This document shows positions 9,357 to 18,982 of a DNA stretch of 38,943 bases, piece after piece; positions within the stretch are counted from its first letter, which is position 1; the number at the start of each line of letters is the position of its first letter. The position numbers were made by a program, and so were the translations under genes. The notes under the pieces were generated by a model. It saw only the letters and a program-made list of their open reading frames with translations, was not told where the DNA came from and searched no databases. Source of the stretch: Candidatus Micrarchaeia archaeon (lineage in GTDB: Archaea; Micrarchaeota; Micrarchaeia; Norongarragalinales; UBA8480); assembly GCA_039794045.1 (NCBI GenBank), contig JBAMLY010000006.1, positions 1 through 38,943 on the forward strand. Reading direction: 5' to 3'.

Positions 9357-9512
9357 TTGCTCAAGACAGAAACCAAGTTCAAGAAACGCGGGAACCGCAA
9401 GTGCAGGTTCTGCGGCACCGCGCGCGGAATCATACGCAAGTACGGACTCTACGTGTGCAGACGCTGCTTCCGCGAAAAAGCAGAGCAAATAGGCTTCAAA
9501 AAATATTACTGA
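9357..9512 (+). CDS. rps14: 30S ribosomal protein uS14 (Zn-binding)
   Basis: Not in the ORF track. TTG start after GGTGG; ...[38 protein letters not shown]. Confidence 0.95.
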   Translation: MLKTETKFKKRGNRKCRFCGTARGIIRKYGLYVCRRCFREKAEQIGFKKYY

Positions 9513-9529
9513 AAAAAAGGTGAACCGGT

Positions 9530-9910
9530 GTGGACACGCTCGCAAACGCTTTAAACTCAATAAAAGTCGCCGAACACGCGGGACGCGCTGAAGCGAGGAT
9601 AAGCCCTGCTTCAAAGCTCGTGCGCGAAACGCTTGAAATACTTAAGACAGAAGGGTATTTGGCAGATTACTCTACGACAACGCAACCCGGCAGCGAAGCA
9701 CGCGTAAAACTCGCTGGCAAGATAAACGATTGCGGAGCCATAAAGCCCCGCTTTTACGTGCGAAATAACGAGTGGGAAAAACACGAGCAACGCTACCTCC
9801 CCAGCAAGGACGTGGGCTTGCTCATAGTGACTACCTCGAAGGGAGTCATGACGCACAAGAAAGCGAAAGAGCTTGGCACAGGAGGAAAGCTCTTGGCGTT
9901 CGTGTACTAA
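9530..9910 (+). CDS. rps8: 30S ribosomal protein uS8
   Basis: DTLANAL, CGAIKPRF, TTSKGVMTH, GGKLLAFVY. Confidence 0.97.
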   Translation: MDTLANALNSIKVAEHAGRAEARISPASKLVRETLEILKTEGYLADYSTTTQPGSEARVKLAGKINDCGAIKPRFYVRNNEWEKHEQRYLPSKDVGLLIVTTSKGVMTHKKAKELGTGGKLLAFVY

Positions 9911-9929
9911 AAAATTTGAGTTGATCGCG

Positions 9930-10430
9930 ATGAAAATTCCAAGCGGCGTAAGCGTCCAAGTTGAAGCCGGAAAAGTCACAGTCAAAGGACCAAAGGCAGA
10001 GCTCTCCAAAAAATTCAACCCAAAAATCGTTAGCGTTGCAGTCGAAGGCGACGAAGTAAAAGTCAGCCCAGTCGTAAAGAAAACACGTAAGGTAACTGCA
10101 GCAGTTAACGCAGTGGAAGCTCACGTGCGCAACATGATTAAAGGATGCACCGAAGAATACTCTAAAAAACTTCAAGTGGTTTACGCGCACTTCCCCATAA
10201 CCATTGAAGTCAAGGGAAGCCAAGTCAACATAAAAAACTTTTTAGGCGAGAAAGTGCCCCGCACCGCAAAAATAGTTGGCGACACGAAAGTAAGCGTGGC
10301 AGGCCAAGAAATTACGGTAAGCGGACACGACAAGGAAGCAGTCGGGCAAACCGCGTCAAACCTCGTGCGCGCCACGCGAATCGCGAAAAAAGACGTGCGC
10401 ATATTCCAGGACGGCATATATTATTCTTAG
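9930..10430 (+). CDS. rpl6: 50S ribosomal protein uL6
   Basis: VKGPKAEL, YAHFPI, NFLGEK, DVRIFQDGIY. Confidence 0.97.
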   Translation: MKIPSGVSVQVEAGKVTVKGPKAELSKKFNPKIVSVAVEGDEVKVSPVVKKTRKVTAAVNAVEAHVRNMIKGCTEEYSKKLQVVYAHFPITIEVKGSQVNIKNFLGEKVPRTAKIVGDTKVSVAGQEITVSGHDKEAVGQTASNLVRATRIAKKDVRIFQDGIYYS

Positions 10431-10442
10431 AGAGTTGAGAAA

Positions 10443-10778
10443 ATGGCGGCAAAACACCCGAAGTTTCAAAGACAAAACGTCAATATGTTCAAGCGCTTGA
10501 AGCGCGCTTGGCGCAAGCCGCGCGGCATAGACAACAAGATGGCGCGCAAAATAAAGGCTTACGGCGCGCACCCGGACGTCGGCTACAGGCAGCCGGCGAA
10601 AGCTAGGCACGTTCACCCATGCGGGTTGCGCGAAGTCTTGGTCGCCAACGCAGAAGAACTCGCGAAAGTAAACCCAAAAACTCAGTGCGCGCGCATTCGC
10701 GCCACCGTCGGCGCCAGGAAAAGAGAACAAATAACCAAGAAAGCCAGAGAACTCGGAGTAAAAGTATTGAACGCTTAA
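10443..10778 (+). CDS. rpl32e: 50S ribosomal protein eL32
   Basis: WRKPRGIDNKM, HPCGLREVLV. Confidence 0.97.
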   Translation: MAAKHPKFQRQNVNMFKRLKRAWRKPRGIDNKMARKIKAYGAHPDVGYRQPAKARHVHPCGLREVLVANAEELAKVNPKTQCARIRATVGARKREQITKKARELGVKVLNA

Positions 10779-10798
10779 AAAATAAGGGGATTGTTGAA

Positions 10799-11239
10799 AT
10801 GAGTCTTTACACCGTGAAAAGAGTTGCCGCAAGCATTTTGAAGTGTGGCGAATCACGCGTGAGAATCGTTGACGCTAAAAAAGCAGGGGAAGCCCTCACG
10901 CGCGACGACGTCCGCCAACTCATAAGGGAAGGCGCAGTAATAGAGCTCCCAAAAAAAGGAGTTGGTAGAGGCAAGGCGCGCTTCAAGCAAGCCCGCCGCG
11001 AGGCAGGACGAAGACGCGGACGCGGAAGCCGCAAGGGAACGCCTAACGCCGCAAAAAACGCGAAAGAAAGGTGGATGCGTCAAGTGCGCTCGCAGAGGAA
11101 GCTGTTGAGAAAACTCAAGAACGAAATAGAAGCAAGCACTTACAAGAAAGTTTACGCCATGATTAAAGGAAACGCGTTCAAGAACAAGAAGCGCCTCCTG
11201 GCGTACTTGAAGGAAAACAACGCGATCAAGACAAGGTGA
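10799..11239 (+). CDS. rpl19e: 50S ribosomal protein eL19
   Basis: KRVAASILKCGESRV, GRRRGRGSRKG, WMRQVRSQR. Confidence 0.97.
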   Translation: MSLYTVKRVAASILKCGESRVRIVDAKKAGEALTRDDVRQLIREGAVIELPKKGVGRGKARFKQARREAGRRRGRGSRKGTPNAAKNAKERWMRQVRSQRKLLRKLKNEIEASTYKKVYAMIKGNAFKNKKRLLAYLKENNAIKTR

Positions 11240-11246
11240 GTTCACG

Positions 11247-11750
11247 ATGACGAAAGCAAAAGGGCCGTTGTACGCCGTGCACTTCCGCAGGCGGCGCGAG
11301 GGAAAAACGGATTACGGCAAGAGGCTAGCCCTCCTCAAAAGCGAGAAAACCCGGCTCGTAGTGCGCAAGACAAACAAGCGCATCATAGTGCAGTTCGTGA
11401 ACTTCAACGAGAAAGGCGACCACACAATAACAAGCGCTACCTCCACGCACTTGAGCGAGTACGGCTTTCCAGGCAAGTGCAATACTCCCTCAGCTTACTT
11501 GACTGGAATGCTTGCAGCAAGGAAAGCGCAAAAGAAAGGAGTAAAAGAATTCATTCTAGACATCGGGCTTCATTCCCCCACCAAGGGAAGCGTGGTGTTC
11601 GCGGCCTTGAAGGGCGCAGTGGACGCCGGATTGACAGCGCCCTACGATGAATCCATTCTGCCACCACAAGACAGAATAGAGGGAAAGCACTTGAAGGGCG
11701 GCGAGCAAAATGCTTTCGCTGAAGCAAAGACAAAAATAATGTCGTTGTAA
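11247..11750 (+). CDS. rpl18: 50S ribosomal protein uL18
   Basis: RRRREGKTDY, RLVVRKTN, AYLTG, LKGAVDAGL. Confidence 0.97.
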   Translation: MTKAKGPLYAVHFRRRREGKTDYGKRLALLKSEKTRLVVRKTNKRIIVQFVNFNEKGDHTITSATSTHLSEYGFPGKCNTPSAYLTGMLAARKAQKKGVKEFILDIGLHSPTKGSVVFAALKGAVDAGLTAPYDESILPPQDRIEGKHLKGGEQNAFAEAKTKIMSL

Positions 11751-11768
11751 TGCTTTGAAGAGGAATAG

Positions 11769-12464
11769 ATGCAAATGGCAAACGAAGAAAAAAAGGAGAG
11801 ACACTCTGAGCCAACAAAAGAGTGGATTCCAAGAACAGAGTTAGGGCGCAAAGTAGCGTCAGGAGAAATCACTTCCCTGGAACAAATAAGACGCGAAGGA
11901 AAAAAAATTCTTGAACCAGAAATTATTGACGTCCTCGTTCCAGACTTAAAGGAAGAAGTCCTTAGCGTCATCAGCACTCAAAGAATGACTGCTTGCGGCC
12001 GCAAAATGGTGATGCGCGCAGTCGTAATACTCGGCAACTATAAAGGCGTCATAGCAGTAGGAGTAGGGAAAGCGCCTGAAACCAGGGACGCCATCGCCGA
12101 AGCAATTCGCGACGCGAAAAAACACGTTTTCCTAGTGCGCCTTGGTTGCGGTTCATGGGAGTGCGGGTGCGGAACGCCTCACTCTATCCCCCAAGAAGTG
12201 CGCGGCAAGAACAGTTCAACTAGCATAATCATCAAGCCAGCTCCACGCGGAGTTGGATTGGCTGCAGGCACTACAGCAAAAAAAGTATTGCAGATGGCGG
12301 GCGTCAAAGACGCTTGGACTTTCACTAAGGGCCGCACGCGTAACACGCTTAACATGGTTCTCGCGACGATAAAGGCATTAGATAAATTGAACCAGTTGAA
12401 GCACGGAAAGCTTGGACTCGAAGAACTCGAAAAAGAAGCGAAGAAAGAAGAAAACGAAGGGTGA
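11769..12464 (+). CDS. rps5: 30S ribosomal protein uS5
   Basis: WIPRTELGR, GCGSWECGCGTPHS, PAPRGVGL. Confidence 0.98.
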   Translation: MQMANEEKKERHSEPTKEWIPRTELGRKVASGEITSLEQIRREGKKILEPEIIDVLVPDLKEEVLSVISTQRMTACGRKMVMRAVVILGNYKGVIAVGVGKAPETRDAIAEAIRDAKKHVFLVRLGCGSWECGCGTPHSIPQEVRGKNSSTSIIIKPAPRGVGLAAGTTAKKVLQMAGVKDAWTFTKGRTRNTLNMVLATIKALDKLNQLKHGKLGLEELEKEAKKEENEG

Positions 12465-12470
12465 AACACG

Positions 12471-12935
12471 ATGACAAAAATACTGGTGTTAAGAGTTCGT
12501 GGCTCCATGGAAACACGTTACTCCGTCGAGCACGCATTGCGCCAGTTGAAGCTCACGCGAAAAAACCACTGCGTTCTCGTGGAAGAAACTCCTTCCATGC
12601 AAGGAACAATAAAGAAAGCAAAAGACTTTATTACGTGGGGTCCCGCGAGCAAGGAAGTCATAGCCGAGCTCCTCAAAAAAAGGGGGCGCGTAAAAGGAGG
12701 AAAGCCTTTGACTGACGATTACGTAGCAAAAAACTCTAAGTACAAGAGCATACCTGAATTTGCTGAAGCGCTTGCTTCCAACGAAAAAATGTCGGCGGTC
12801 AAGGGACTGAAAGAGTTTTTCGCGCTCAACCCGCCAAAGGGAGGCTTTGCGTCAATCAAAAAACCATTGCCTGAAGGCGCTCTCGGGAAACGCGACGCGA
12901 AATCAATGGCGGAACTAGTACTCAAAATGCTTTAA
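12471..12935 (+). CDS. rpl30: 50S ribosomal protein uL30
   Basis: LRVRG, ITWG, LKKRGR, LNPPKGG. Confidence 0.96.
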   Translation: MTKILVLRVRGSMETRYSVEHALRQLKLTRKNHCVLVEETPSMQGTIKKAKDFITWGPASKEVIAELLKKRGRVKGGKPLTDDYVAKNSKYKSIPEFAEALASNEKMSAVKGLKEFFALNPPKGGFASIKKPLPEGALGKRDAKSMAELVLKML

Positions 12936-12969
12936 AACCGTTGAAACACTTAACCAGAGTTGATGTTTT

Positions 12970-13398
12970 ATGGTGAGGAGACACGAAAGAAAATGCAAGA
13001 AATACCGTGGCAACCGCTCTCACGGCGCAGGCAACATCAAGAACAGGCGCGGCAAGGGAAGCAAGGGAGGAGTTGGACGCGCGGGATACCACAAGCACAA
13101 GTGGTTTCACACCATAAAATACGAGCTAAATAAAATAAGCGAGAGACACAAGGGATTCACTAACCCAACGAAAAAGAAAGTGCGCGAAATTACTTTAGGA
13201 GAAATAGCCAAGCAGATAATGGCGGGAAAGTTTCAGAAGATGCCTGACGGAACCTTCGTTGTAGACTTGTCAAAGGAAAACGCTAAAATACTCGGCAACG
13301 GCGAATTCAGCTTCAAGGCTCAAGTTCGCGCGAAAGCATTCACTGCACCAGCAAAAGAGAAAATCGCTGCCGCAGGCGGAAGCGCTTCGACGGAGTGA
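12970..13398 (+). CDS. rpl15: 50S ribosomal protein uL15
   Basis: RGNRSHGAG, RGKGSKGGVGRAG, KILGNG, AKEKIAAAGG. Confidence 0.97.
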   Translation: MVRRHERKCKKYRGNRSHGAGNIKNRRGKGSKGGVGRAGYHKHKWFHTIKYELNKISERHKGFTNPTKKKVREITLGEIAKQIMAGKFQKMPDGTFVVDLSKENAKILGNGEFSFKAQVRAKAFTAPAKEKIAAAGGSASTE

Positions 13399-13415
13399 GA
13401 AAGGCGAGAAAGAAA

Positions 13416-14840
13416 ATGAGTTCAAACCTCCTCCAATCAATTACTAACCTGCTTCCAGAAGTTCGCAGGCCGGAAAGAACTCCATCACTCAAAGAAAAAC
13501 TGGCTTGGACTGGCGCAGCGCTCCTCATCTTCTTCGTGTTAGGACAAATCTACCCAATAGGAGTAGACCCCGCAGGAATAACTCGCTTCGAGCGCCTTGA
13601 AATCCTTCTCGGAAGCCGTACCGGCACAATTATCACGGCGGGAATTGGGCCAATAGTGCTCGCCTCGATATTCTTGCAACTAGCAGCAGGCGCCAAGTTG
13701 TTCAAGTTCGACTTGCACACGCCGGAAGGCAAGAAAGCCTTTCAAGGACTCCAAAAACTCTTGGCGATAGCACTCAGCTTCTTCGAAGCAGGAATTTACG
13801 TGGTAAGCAACTACATACCAGCCGCCGGCGCTCTGCACGGATCTACTGTTGCTCCCTTGCTTGGAAGCGTCTTGTTCACTCAAATTGTTTTAATAATACA
13901 ACTCGCTCTCGGCTCTATTCTCTTGCTTTACTTGGACGAGCTCGTGCAAAAATACGGCATCGGCTCAGGCATTTCCTTGTTCATCGCCGCAGGAGTAACG
14001 CAAGCCATATTCGTTGGCTCTCTCTCAATCGCTACCGTGGGCGAAATGCCTGCGGGACTCGTTCCCCAAGCAATTTACTTCCTGTTGGGAGGCGACGTAG
14101 CTACCGCAATATGGTCTCTCGTGCCAATATTATTTACGATAATAGTATTCCTCGTAGTAGTCTACGTGGAGGGAATGAAGATAGAACTGCCACTAGCTTA
14201 CGGGCAAGCGCGCGGCCTGGGAGCGCGCTACCCAATAAAGTTCTTGTACGTTTCAAACATTCCCGTCATTCTCGCCGCGGCAGTCCTGCTCAACATTCAG
14301 TTACTTGGAATGTTTGTAGCAAACGCTGGCTTTCCACTGCTTGGACACTACGCGAACAACCAACCAATAGACGGAATCGCGTACTTTACGACTGCCCTGC
14401 CTTCGCCTTTGCTGACGCCAGGCGGTTATCCAGCTTACTTGCAGCTTTACTTCACAAACTTAAAGGAAATACTGCACATAATAGTATATGGAGTAGCCCT
14501 CGTAATTTTCTGCGTGATATTCGGCTGGTTCTGGATTGAAACCACTGGAATGAGCGCGAAAGACGTTGCAGCCCAACTAAGCCGCACTGGCCTCCAAGTC
14601 CCAGGCTTCAGGCAAGACCCCCGCGTAATGGAAAAAATTCTTGAAAGGTACATTCCAGTCATCACTATTCTTGGCAGCATTTTCGTTGGCGTGCTCGCGT
14701 GGTTCGCAGACATTACGGGCGCTCTCGGCACGGGCACCGGCATCCTATTAACTGTAGGAATTATTTACAGGTTCTACGAAGACCTCGCACAACAACAATT
14801 GTTTGAAATGTATCCCGCCCTAAGAAAAATAGTTGGATGA
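13416..14840 (+). CDS. secY: Preprotein translocase SecY
   Basis: Multi-TM; GIGPIV, YGIGSGISLFI, YPIKFLYVSNIP, IFGWFWIETTG, PGFR, GTGILL. Alternative GTG start at 13395. Confidence 0.98.
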   Translation: MSSNLLQSITNLLPEVRRPERTPSLKEKLAWTGAALLIFFVLGQIYPIGVDPAGITRFERLEILLGSRTGTIITAGIGPIVLASIFLQLAAGAKLFKFDLHTPEGKKAFQGLQKLLAIALSFFEAGIYVVSNYIPAAGALHGSTVAPLLGSVLFTQIVLIIQLALGSILLLYLDELVQKYGIGSGISLFIAAGVTQAIFVGSLSIATVGEMPAGLVPQAIYFLLGGDVATAIWSLVPILFTIIVFLVVVYVEGMKIELPLAYGQARGLGARYPIKFLYVSNIPVILAAAVLLNIQLLGMFVANAGFPLLGHYANNQPIDGIAYFTTALPSPLLTPGGYPAYLQLYFTNLKEILHIIVYGVALVIFCVIFGWFWIETTGMSAKDVAAQLSRTGLQVPGFRQDPRVMEKILERYIPVITILGSIFVGVLAWFADITGALGTGTGILLTVGIIYRFYEDLAQQQLFEMYPALRKIVG

Positions 14841-15361
14841 AAATGCAGGATTGGATTGCCGTCTCACTTGCTTCAGTCGCTTACGCCGTATTCGCAGCAT
14901 GGGCTAACCGGAAATTCGGCGAACGCAAGCGCTTGAAGGCAATGCAAGAGCAAATGAAGAAGTTCCAAAAAGAATACGCTCAAGCAGTAAAAGCAAACGA
15001 CCAAGCCAAGCTCAAGGAACTAGAGTCGCGAGACAAAGAACTAATGAAAATGACGAAGGACATGATGCTGTTGCCGTTCAAGTCCATGCTAGTGGTTCTG
15101 CCTGCCTTTCTTGCAACGATTTGGCTTATTACGCCATTGTTTCCAAACTTTGCGGTAACCCTCCCAATAGGCTTGCACTTCCAAGAAATACTTTCACTCA
15201 AAATACTTTCTCCAAGCGTTTACGGGGTGCGAGGCTACTTTATATTGTCCGCCGCCCTTGCCAGCATCGTCGTTGAAGCGGTCTGGAACGCGGCAGAAAA
15301 AGCAACAGAGAAAAAGAGCGCGCCGCAATCCATTCAGCCAACAACCCAACAAAACCAATAA
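14837..15361 (+). CDS. DUF106 / EMC3-TMCO1 (Oxa1 superfamily) membrane protein
   Basis: TM, coiled coil, then TM architecture; conserved position after secY. Confidence 0.85.
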   Translation: MKMQDWIAVSLASVAYAVFAAWANRKFGERKRLKAMQEQMKKFQKEYAQAVKANDQAKLKELESRDKELMKMTKDMMLLPFKSMLVVLPAFLATIWLITPLFPNFAVTLPIGLHFQEILSLKILSPSVYGVRGYFILSAALASIVVEAVWNAAEKATEKKSAPQSIQPTTQQNQ

Positions 15362-15424
15362 TAAAGTGCTGCGACAAAATACTTTCTCGCTTTAAAAGAT
15401 TACTGAATTACAGAGGTGCAGGAA

Positions 15425-15760
15425 ATGGTTACTCCAAGAATGCGGAGCACGAGCGTCCGCGTAAGACAACGCAGGAGCGTTACTGGAAAAAAAGCATTGA
15501 AAGTCAAGGCAAGAAAGCCAGCGCACGCCAAGTGCGCCCTCTGCGGCGCCAAACTCAACGCAGTTCCGCGCAAGAGAAAAGGAGAACTCAGCAAGCTCGC
15601 GAAAACAGAAAAACGCCCGGAACGCAAGTTCGGAGGAATACTGTGCGCTAACTGCACGCAAACACTCTTAAAAGAAAGAGCGCGCCTCCAAGCAGGAGTC
15701 TTAAACAAGGAAGACGTTTCACTCACGCACTTCAAGTACATAAACTTGATGAAGAAATAA
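15425..15760 (+). CDS. rpl34e: 50S ribosomal protein eL34
   Basis: CALCGAKL, RPERKFGGILCANC. Confidence 0.95.
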   Translation: MVTPRMRSTSVRVRQRRSVTGKKALKVKARKPAHAKCALCGAKLNAVPRKRKGELSKLAKTEKRPERKFGGILCANCTQTLLKERARLQAGVLNKEDVSLTHFKYINLMKK

Positions 15761-15762
15761 AA

Positions 15763-16308
15763 ATGATAATCGCAATATCTGGTTTGAGTGGCTGCGGCAA
15801 CACGACAGTAACTGCCGCTCTCGCACGCCACGGCTTCAAGAAAATAAATTATACCTTCAGGGACCTCGCAGCAGAAAAAGGATTAAATTTAAAAAAATTG
15901 CAAGAACTCGCCAAAAAAAACAGCGCCATAGACTTGGAGTTAGACAGAAAGCAAGTCGCGCTATTGGCGAAAGAAAAAAACGCGGTGATTGGCTCGCGCC
16001 TCGCCATCTGGCTTGACTCACCAAAAGTAACGCGCAAGCTGGGAGTAAAACCGCCAAAAATCGATTTAAAAGTTTGGCTGGACGCCTCCCTTGAAACCAG
16101 GGCGGCGCGCACCAAGAAAGCCAAGCCAAACGAATCAAAGGCTTTCACGGCAAAGCGAGACCGCGAAAACGCAGCGCGCTACAAGAAAACCTATGGAATA
16201 AGCGTGCAAGAACACGACTTCGTTGACTTGAAGATAAACACGGAAAAATTTGATGCTGAAAGCGTTGCCGCCATAATCGCTTTCGCGGCAAGGCACTGCA
16301 AGAAGTAA
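15763..16308 (+). CDS. cmk: Cytidylate kinase (archaeal type)
   Basis: ISGLSGCGNTT P-loop (N instead of K), IDLELD, SRLA, RYKKTYGI; conserved position. Confidence 0.88.
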   Translation: MIIAISGLSGCGNTTVTAALARHGFKKINYTFRDLAAEKGLNLKKLQELAKKNSAIDLELDRKQVALLAKEKNAVIGSRLAIWLDSPKVTRKLGVKPPKIDLKVWLDASLETRAARTKKAKPNESKAFTAKRDRENAARYKKTYGISVQEHDFVDLKINTEKFDAESVAAIIAFAARHCKK

Positions 16309-16323
16309 AAAAAGGTGGTCTTA

Positions 16324-16485
16324 ATGCCAGCAATAGAACCAGGAAAAAAATGCTTGAAAACACGCGGACGCAAGGCAGGACAAGAAGTGACTGTCGTCAA
16401 AGTAATAGACGCCAACTTCGTAGAAGTAAAGGACGCTAAAGGAAAAACGAAGCGCTGCAACATCCAGCACTTAGAGCCCCTCTAG
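16324..16485 (+). CDS. rpl14e: 50S ribosomal protein eL14 (short, 53 aa)
   Basis: Not in the ORF track. MPAIEPGKKCLKTRGRKAGQEVTVVKVIDANFVEV...KRCNIQHLEPL, KOW motif. Confidence 0.93.
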   Translation: MPAIEPGKKCLKTRGRKAGQEVTVVKVIDANFVEVKDAKGKTKRCNIQHLEPL

Positions 16486-16531
16486 AAAAACTTTTATTAT
16501 AGGACGCCGCGCTTTCCAAGAAAGATTAACC

Positions 16532-17452
16532 ATGCCGCAACTAATTTTGCAGGAAGAGGAAGCATCTCTCGGCAAGCGCGTGCAAGAACGCTCCCTGCAA
16601 GAAAGACTGCGTTACGGCCTCATCGTAATAGACAAGCCACCAGGTCCAACTTCCCACGAAGTTTCTTCATTCGTCCGCAAAATACTGGGACTAAAAAAAG
16701 CAGGGCACACTGGAACGCTTGACGCGAACGTGAGCGGCGTTCTGCCCACCCTCCTAGGCGAGGCGTGCAAGGCAAGCAAATTCGTTTCAGGACGCACGAA
16801 AACATACGTCTGCGTCATGCGCTTAGGCGCAGAGCGCAGCAAAAAAGAGCTTGAAGCAGCCTTCGAAAACTTCAGAGGAAAAATCTGGCAGAAGCCGCCA
16901 CTCGCCAGCGCGGTAGCAAAAAAACTGCGCGTGCGGCAAGTCTACTCCCTTGAAGTACTAGAAGTTGAAGGCCGCGACGTCTTGTTTCAAGCGCGAGTAG
17001 ACGCCGGCACTTACATTAGAAACATTTGCTTTGACGCCGGCGAAGTGCTAGGATGCGGCGCGGAAATGGCTGAACTCAGGCGCGTGGAAGCAGCTGGCTT
17101 TACTGAAGACGACGCAATAACATTACAGGAACTAAGCGACTTGTGGTGGCTCTACCAAGAAAAAGGAATAGACGAGCTCAGCCCCAAAGTTATTCCAGTA
17201 GAAAACGCGCTTCAATTAAAGAAAGTCGTGGCAAGCGACGGCGCCCTTCACGCTATAAGCACCGGCGCTGACCTCGCAGTCCCAGGCGTGATCTCGTTAG
17301 ACGACTCAATAAAACGCGGGGACATCGTGGAAATACTAAGCGGAAAAGGCGAATTAGTCTGCGTCGCGCGCGCCTTGATGAGCGCAGACGAAATCGCAAA
17401 AACAAGGAAAGGCATCGCGTTCGACGTGGAGCGAGTAATTCATGCATTCTAG
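16532..17452 (+). CDS. cbf5: H/ACA / tRNA pseudouridine synthase Cbf5 with PUA domain
   Basis: DKPPGPTSHEV, GHTGTLD, AGTYIR, ELRR; C-terminal PUA domain. Confidence 0.97.
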   Translation: MPQLILQEEEASLGKRVQERSLQERLRYGLIVIDKPPGPTSHEVSSFVRKILGLKKAGHTGTLDANVSGVLPTLLGEACKASKFVSGRTKTYVCVMRLGAERSKKELEAAFENFRGKIWQKPPLASAVAKKLRVRQVYSLEVLEVEGRDVLFQARVDAGTYIRNICFDAGEVLGCGAEMAELRRVEAAGFTEDDAITLQELSDLWWLYQEKGIDELSPKVIPVENALQLKKVVASDGALHAISTGADLAVPGVISLDDSIKRGDIVEILSGKGELVCVARALMSADEIAKTRKGIAFDVERVIHAF

Positions 17453-17547
17453 AAGCCTTTAAATAAGTTTTTCTCCGAATAATAACGTCAAGAAAAAAAC
17501 TCTTGAGCGGGCCTCTCCTGGCCTTCGGCGGAACGGATATTAAGGGC

Positions 17548-17554
17548 TTTAAAG
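17548..17554 (+). promoter_or_regulatory. Candidate TATA box for the tRNA-Ser/rps13 operon
   Basis: TTTAAAG starting 24 nt upstream of the tRNA 5' end. Confidence 0.5.
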
Positions 17555-17571
17555 CTAAATATTTTTGTTGC

Positions 17572-17754
17572 GCCGGGATGGCGGAGTGGTTAACGCGCAC
17601 GCCTGGAACCTCTTGTTTTGGTGCCCGCAATTCGGGAGACCGTTGAGAGTTCTGAAAGCGTGTGGCCGAAAGGCCTCCTGAGTTCGAAAGCAATAGCTCC
17701 CTGCTTAGTGCGGGAAGCGCAGCACAATAAAAGCCGAGTGTCTCAGTCCCGGCG
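17572..17754 (+). tRNA. tRNA-Ser(GGA) with two introns: 37/38 (17609..17656, 48 nt) and 59/60 (17689..17740, 52 nt)
   Basis: Acceptor GCCGGGA/TCCCGGC + G73; anticodon stem CACGC/GCGTG with CT-GGA-A; long variable arm GGCC-GAAA-GGCC; T stem CTGAG/CTCAG. T-loop BHB: TTCG/CGAG helix, bulges AA|A and TG|T. Mature 83 nt. Confidence 0.93.
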
Positions 17755-17783
17755 CTCACGCTTTTAATCAAAAGGTGCATTGA

Positions 17784-18380
17784 ATGGCTGACAAAAACCA
17801 ACCAGAAAAAAAAGCCGAGAAAAAAATTGAGAGGAAACCCTTCAAGCCAGCGCATCCAGCAAGCAAGATGACTGGAAAAGAGTCAAAAAACTTTAGAGGC
17901 ATAGTCCGCCTCGTTGGAAAAGACATTGAAGGCCACACAAAAGTGCGAAATGCTTTAATGCAAATAAAAGGCATTGGCAATAACCTCGCGGCAAGCCTCA
18001 CCAAAGCCATTCAAGAAAAACTCTCAATAGACCCATTGATGCCTATAGGAGAACTTTCTGAAGAGCAAGTAGAGTCAGTTGAAGAGCTCGTGAAAAAGCC
18101 AGAGCAAATAGTTTATGGTGCCTTCCTATTAAATCGCAAGGGAGACGTTGAAACCATGCAAGACCGACACTTGCTGGGAAACGATCTCGCGTTTCAAACG
18201 CGCATGGATATTCAACGCGAGAAAGAAATTCGTTCTTACCGCGGATGGCGCCACAGCATAGGACAAAAAGTGCGCGGCCAGCACACGAGAAGCACTGGGC
18301 GCACGGGCATGACTGTAGGCGTAGTGCGCAAGTCAGTACAGCAAGCAACAGCGGCCGCTTCAAAGGAAGAAAAGAAGTGA
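17784..18380 (+). CDS. rps13: 30S ribosomal protein uS13
   Basis: IKGIG, SYRGWRH, VRGQHTRSTGRTG. Confidence 0.98.
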   Translation: MADKNQPEKKAEKKIERKPFKPAHPASKMTGKESKNFRGIVRLVGKDIEGHTKVRNALMQIKGIGNNLAASLTKAIQEKLSIDPLMPIGELSEEQVESVEELVKKPEQIVYGAFLLNRKGDVETMQDRHLLGNDLAFQTRMDIQREKEIRSYRGWRHSIGQKVRGQHTRSTGRTGMTVGVVRKSVQQATAAASKEEKK

Positions 18381-18386
18381 TGATGA

Positions 18387-18971
18387 ATGGGAGCACCGAA
18401 AAGGAAACGCAAGCTCTACGAGTCCCCAAAGCGCTTGTGGGATAAGGCAAGAATAGAAGAAGAAAGCAAGCTAGTAGAAGAATACGGACTCAAGAACATG
18501 CGCGAACTCTGGAGAATGAAGACCATGCTCCGCAAGATAAGGCGCGAGGCAAGGCGGCTGCTATCCAAGAAAGGCACTCACATAGAAGAACGTACTACCA
18601 ACCTGCTTAAGAGAGTACAAAGATTCCTCGTCAACAAGCCAGAAATAACACTTGACGACATCCTCTCCCTCGACACGAGAGACATACTCAACCGCAGGCT
18701 CCAAACAGTCGCCCACAAAAAACACTTCGGGCGCACTTCCAAGCAAGCACGCCAATTCATCGTTCACGGCCACATCCTCGTAAACGGCCAAAAAGTCACT
18801 GCCCCCTCTTACCTCGTCAAGTTCAACGAAGAAGACAAGATTGAGTGGAACGGAAACCCAATCAACTTTGAATCCCAGCCGCCACTGCCAGAACAAAAAC
18901 AAGCAAGAAAAACAGAAGAAAAAGCAAGCACGGCGCCAGCACAACCAGCTGAAGCGCAGGCGAGCTCTTGA
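18387..18971 (+). CDS. rps4: 30S ribosomal protein uS4
   Basis: YGLKNMRELW, RRLQT, ARQFIVHGHI. Confidence 0.98.
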   Translation: MGAPKRKRKLYESPKRLWDKARIEEESKLVEEYGLKNMRELWRMKTMLRKIRREARRLLSKKGTHIEERTTNLLKRVQRFLVNKPEITLDDILSLDTRDILNRRLQTVAHKKHFGRTSKQARQFIVHGHILVNGQKVTAPSYLVKFNEEDKIEWNGNPINFESQPPLPEQKQARKTEEKASTAPAQPAEAQASS

Positions 18972-18982
18972 GGTGAAAACAA

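Noticed and set aside
16532..17452. BHB intron in cbf5, as in some crenarchaea
   Set aside because: Frame and the GHTGTLD region are uninterrupted.
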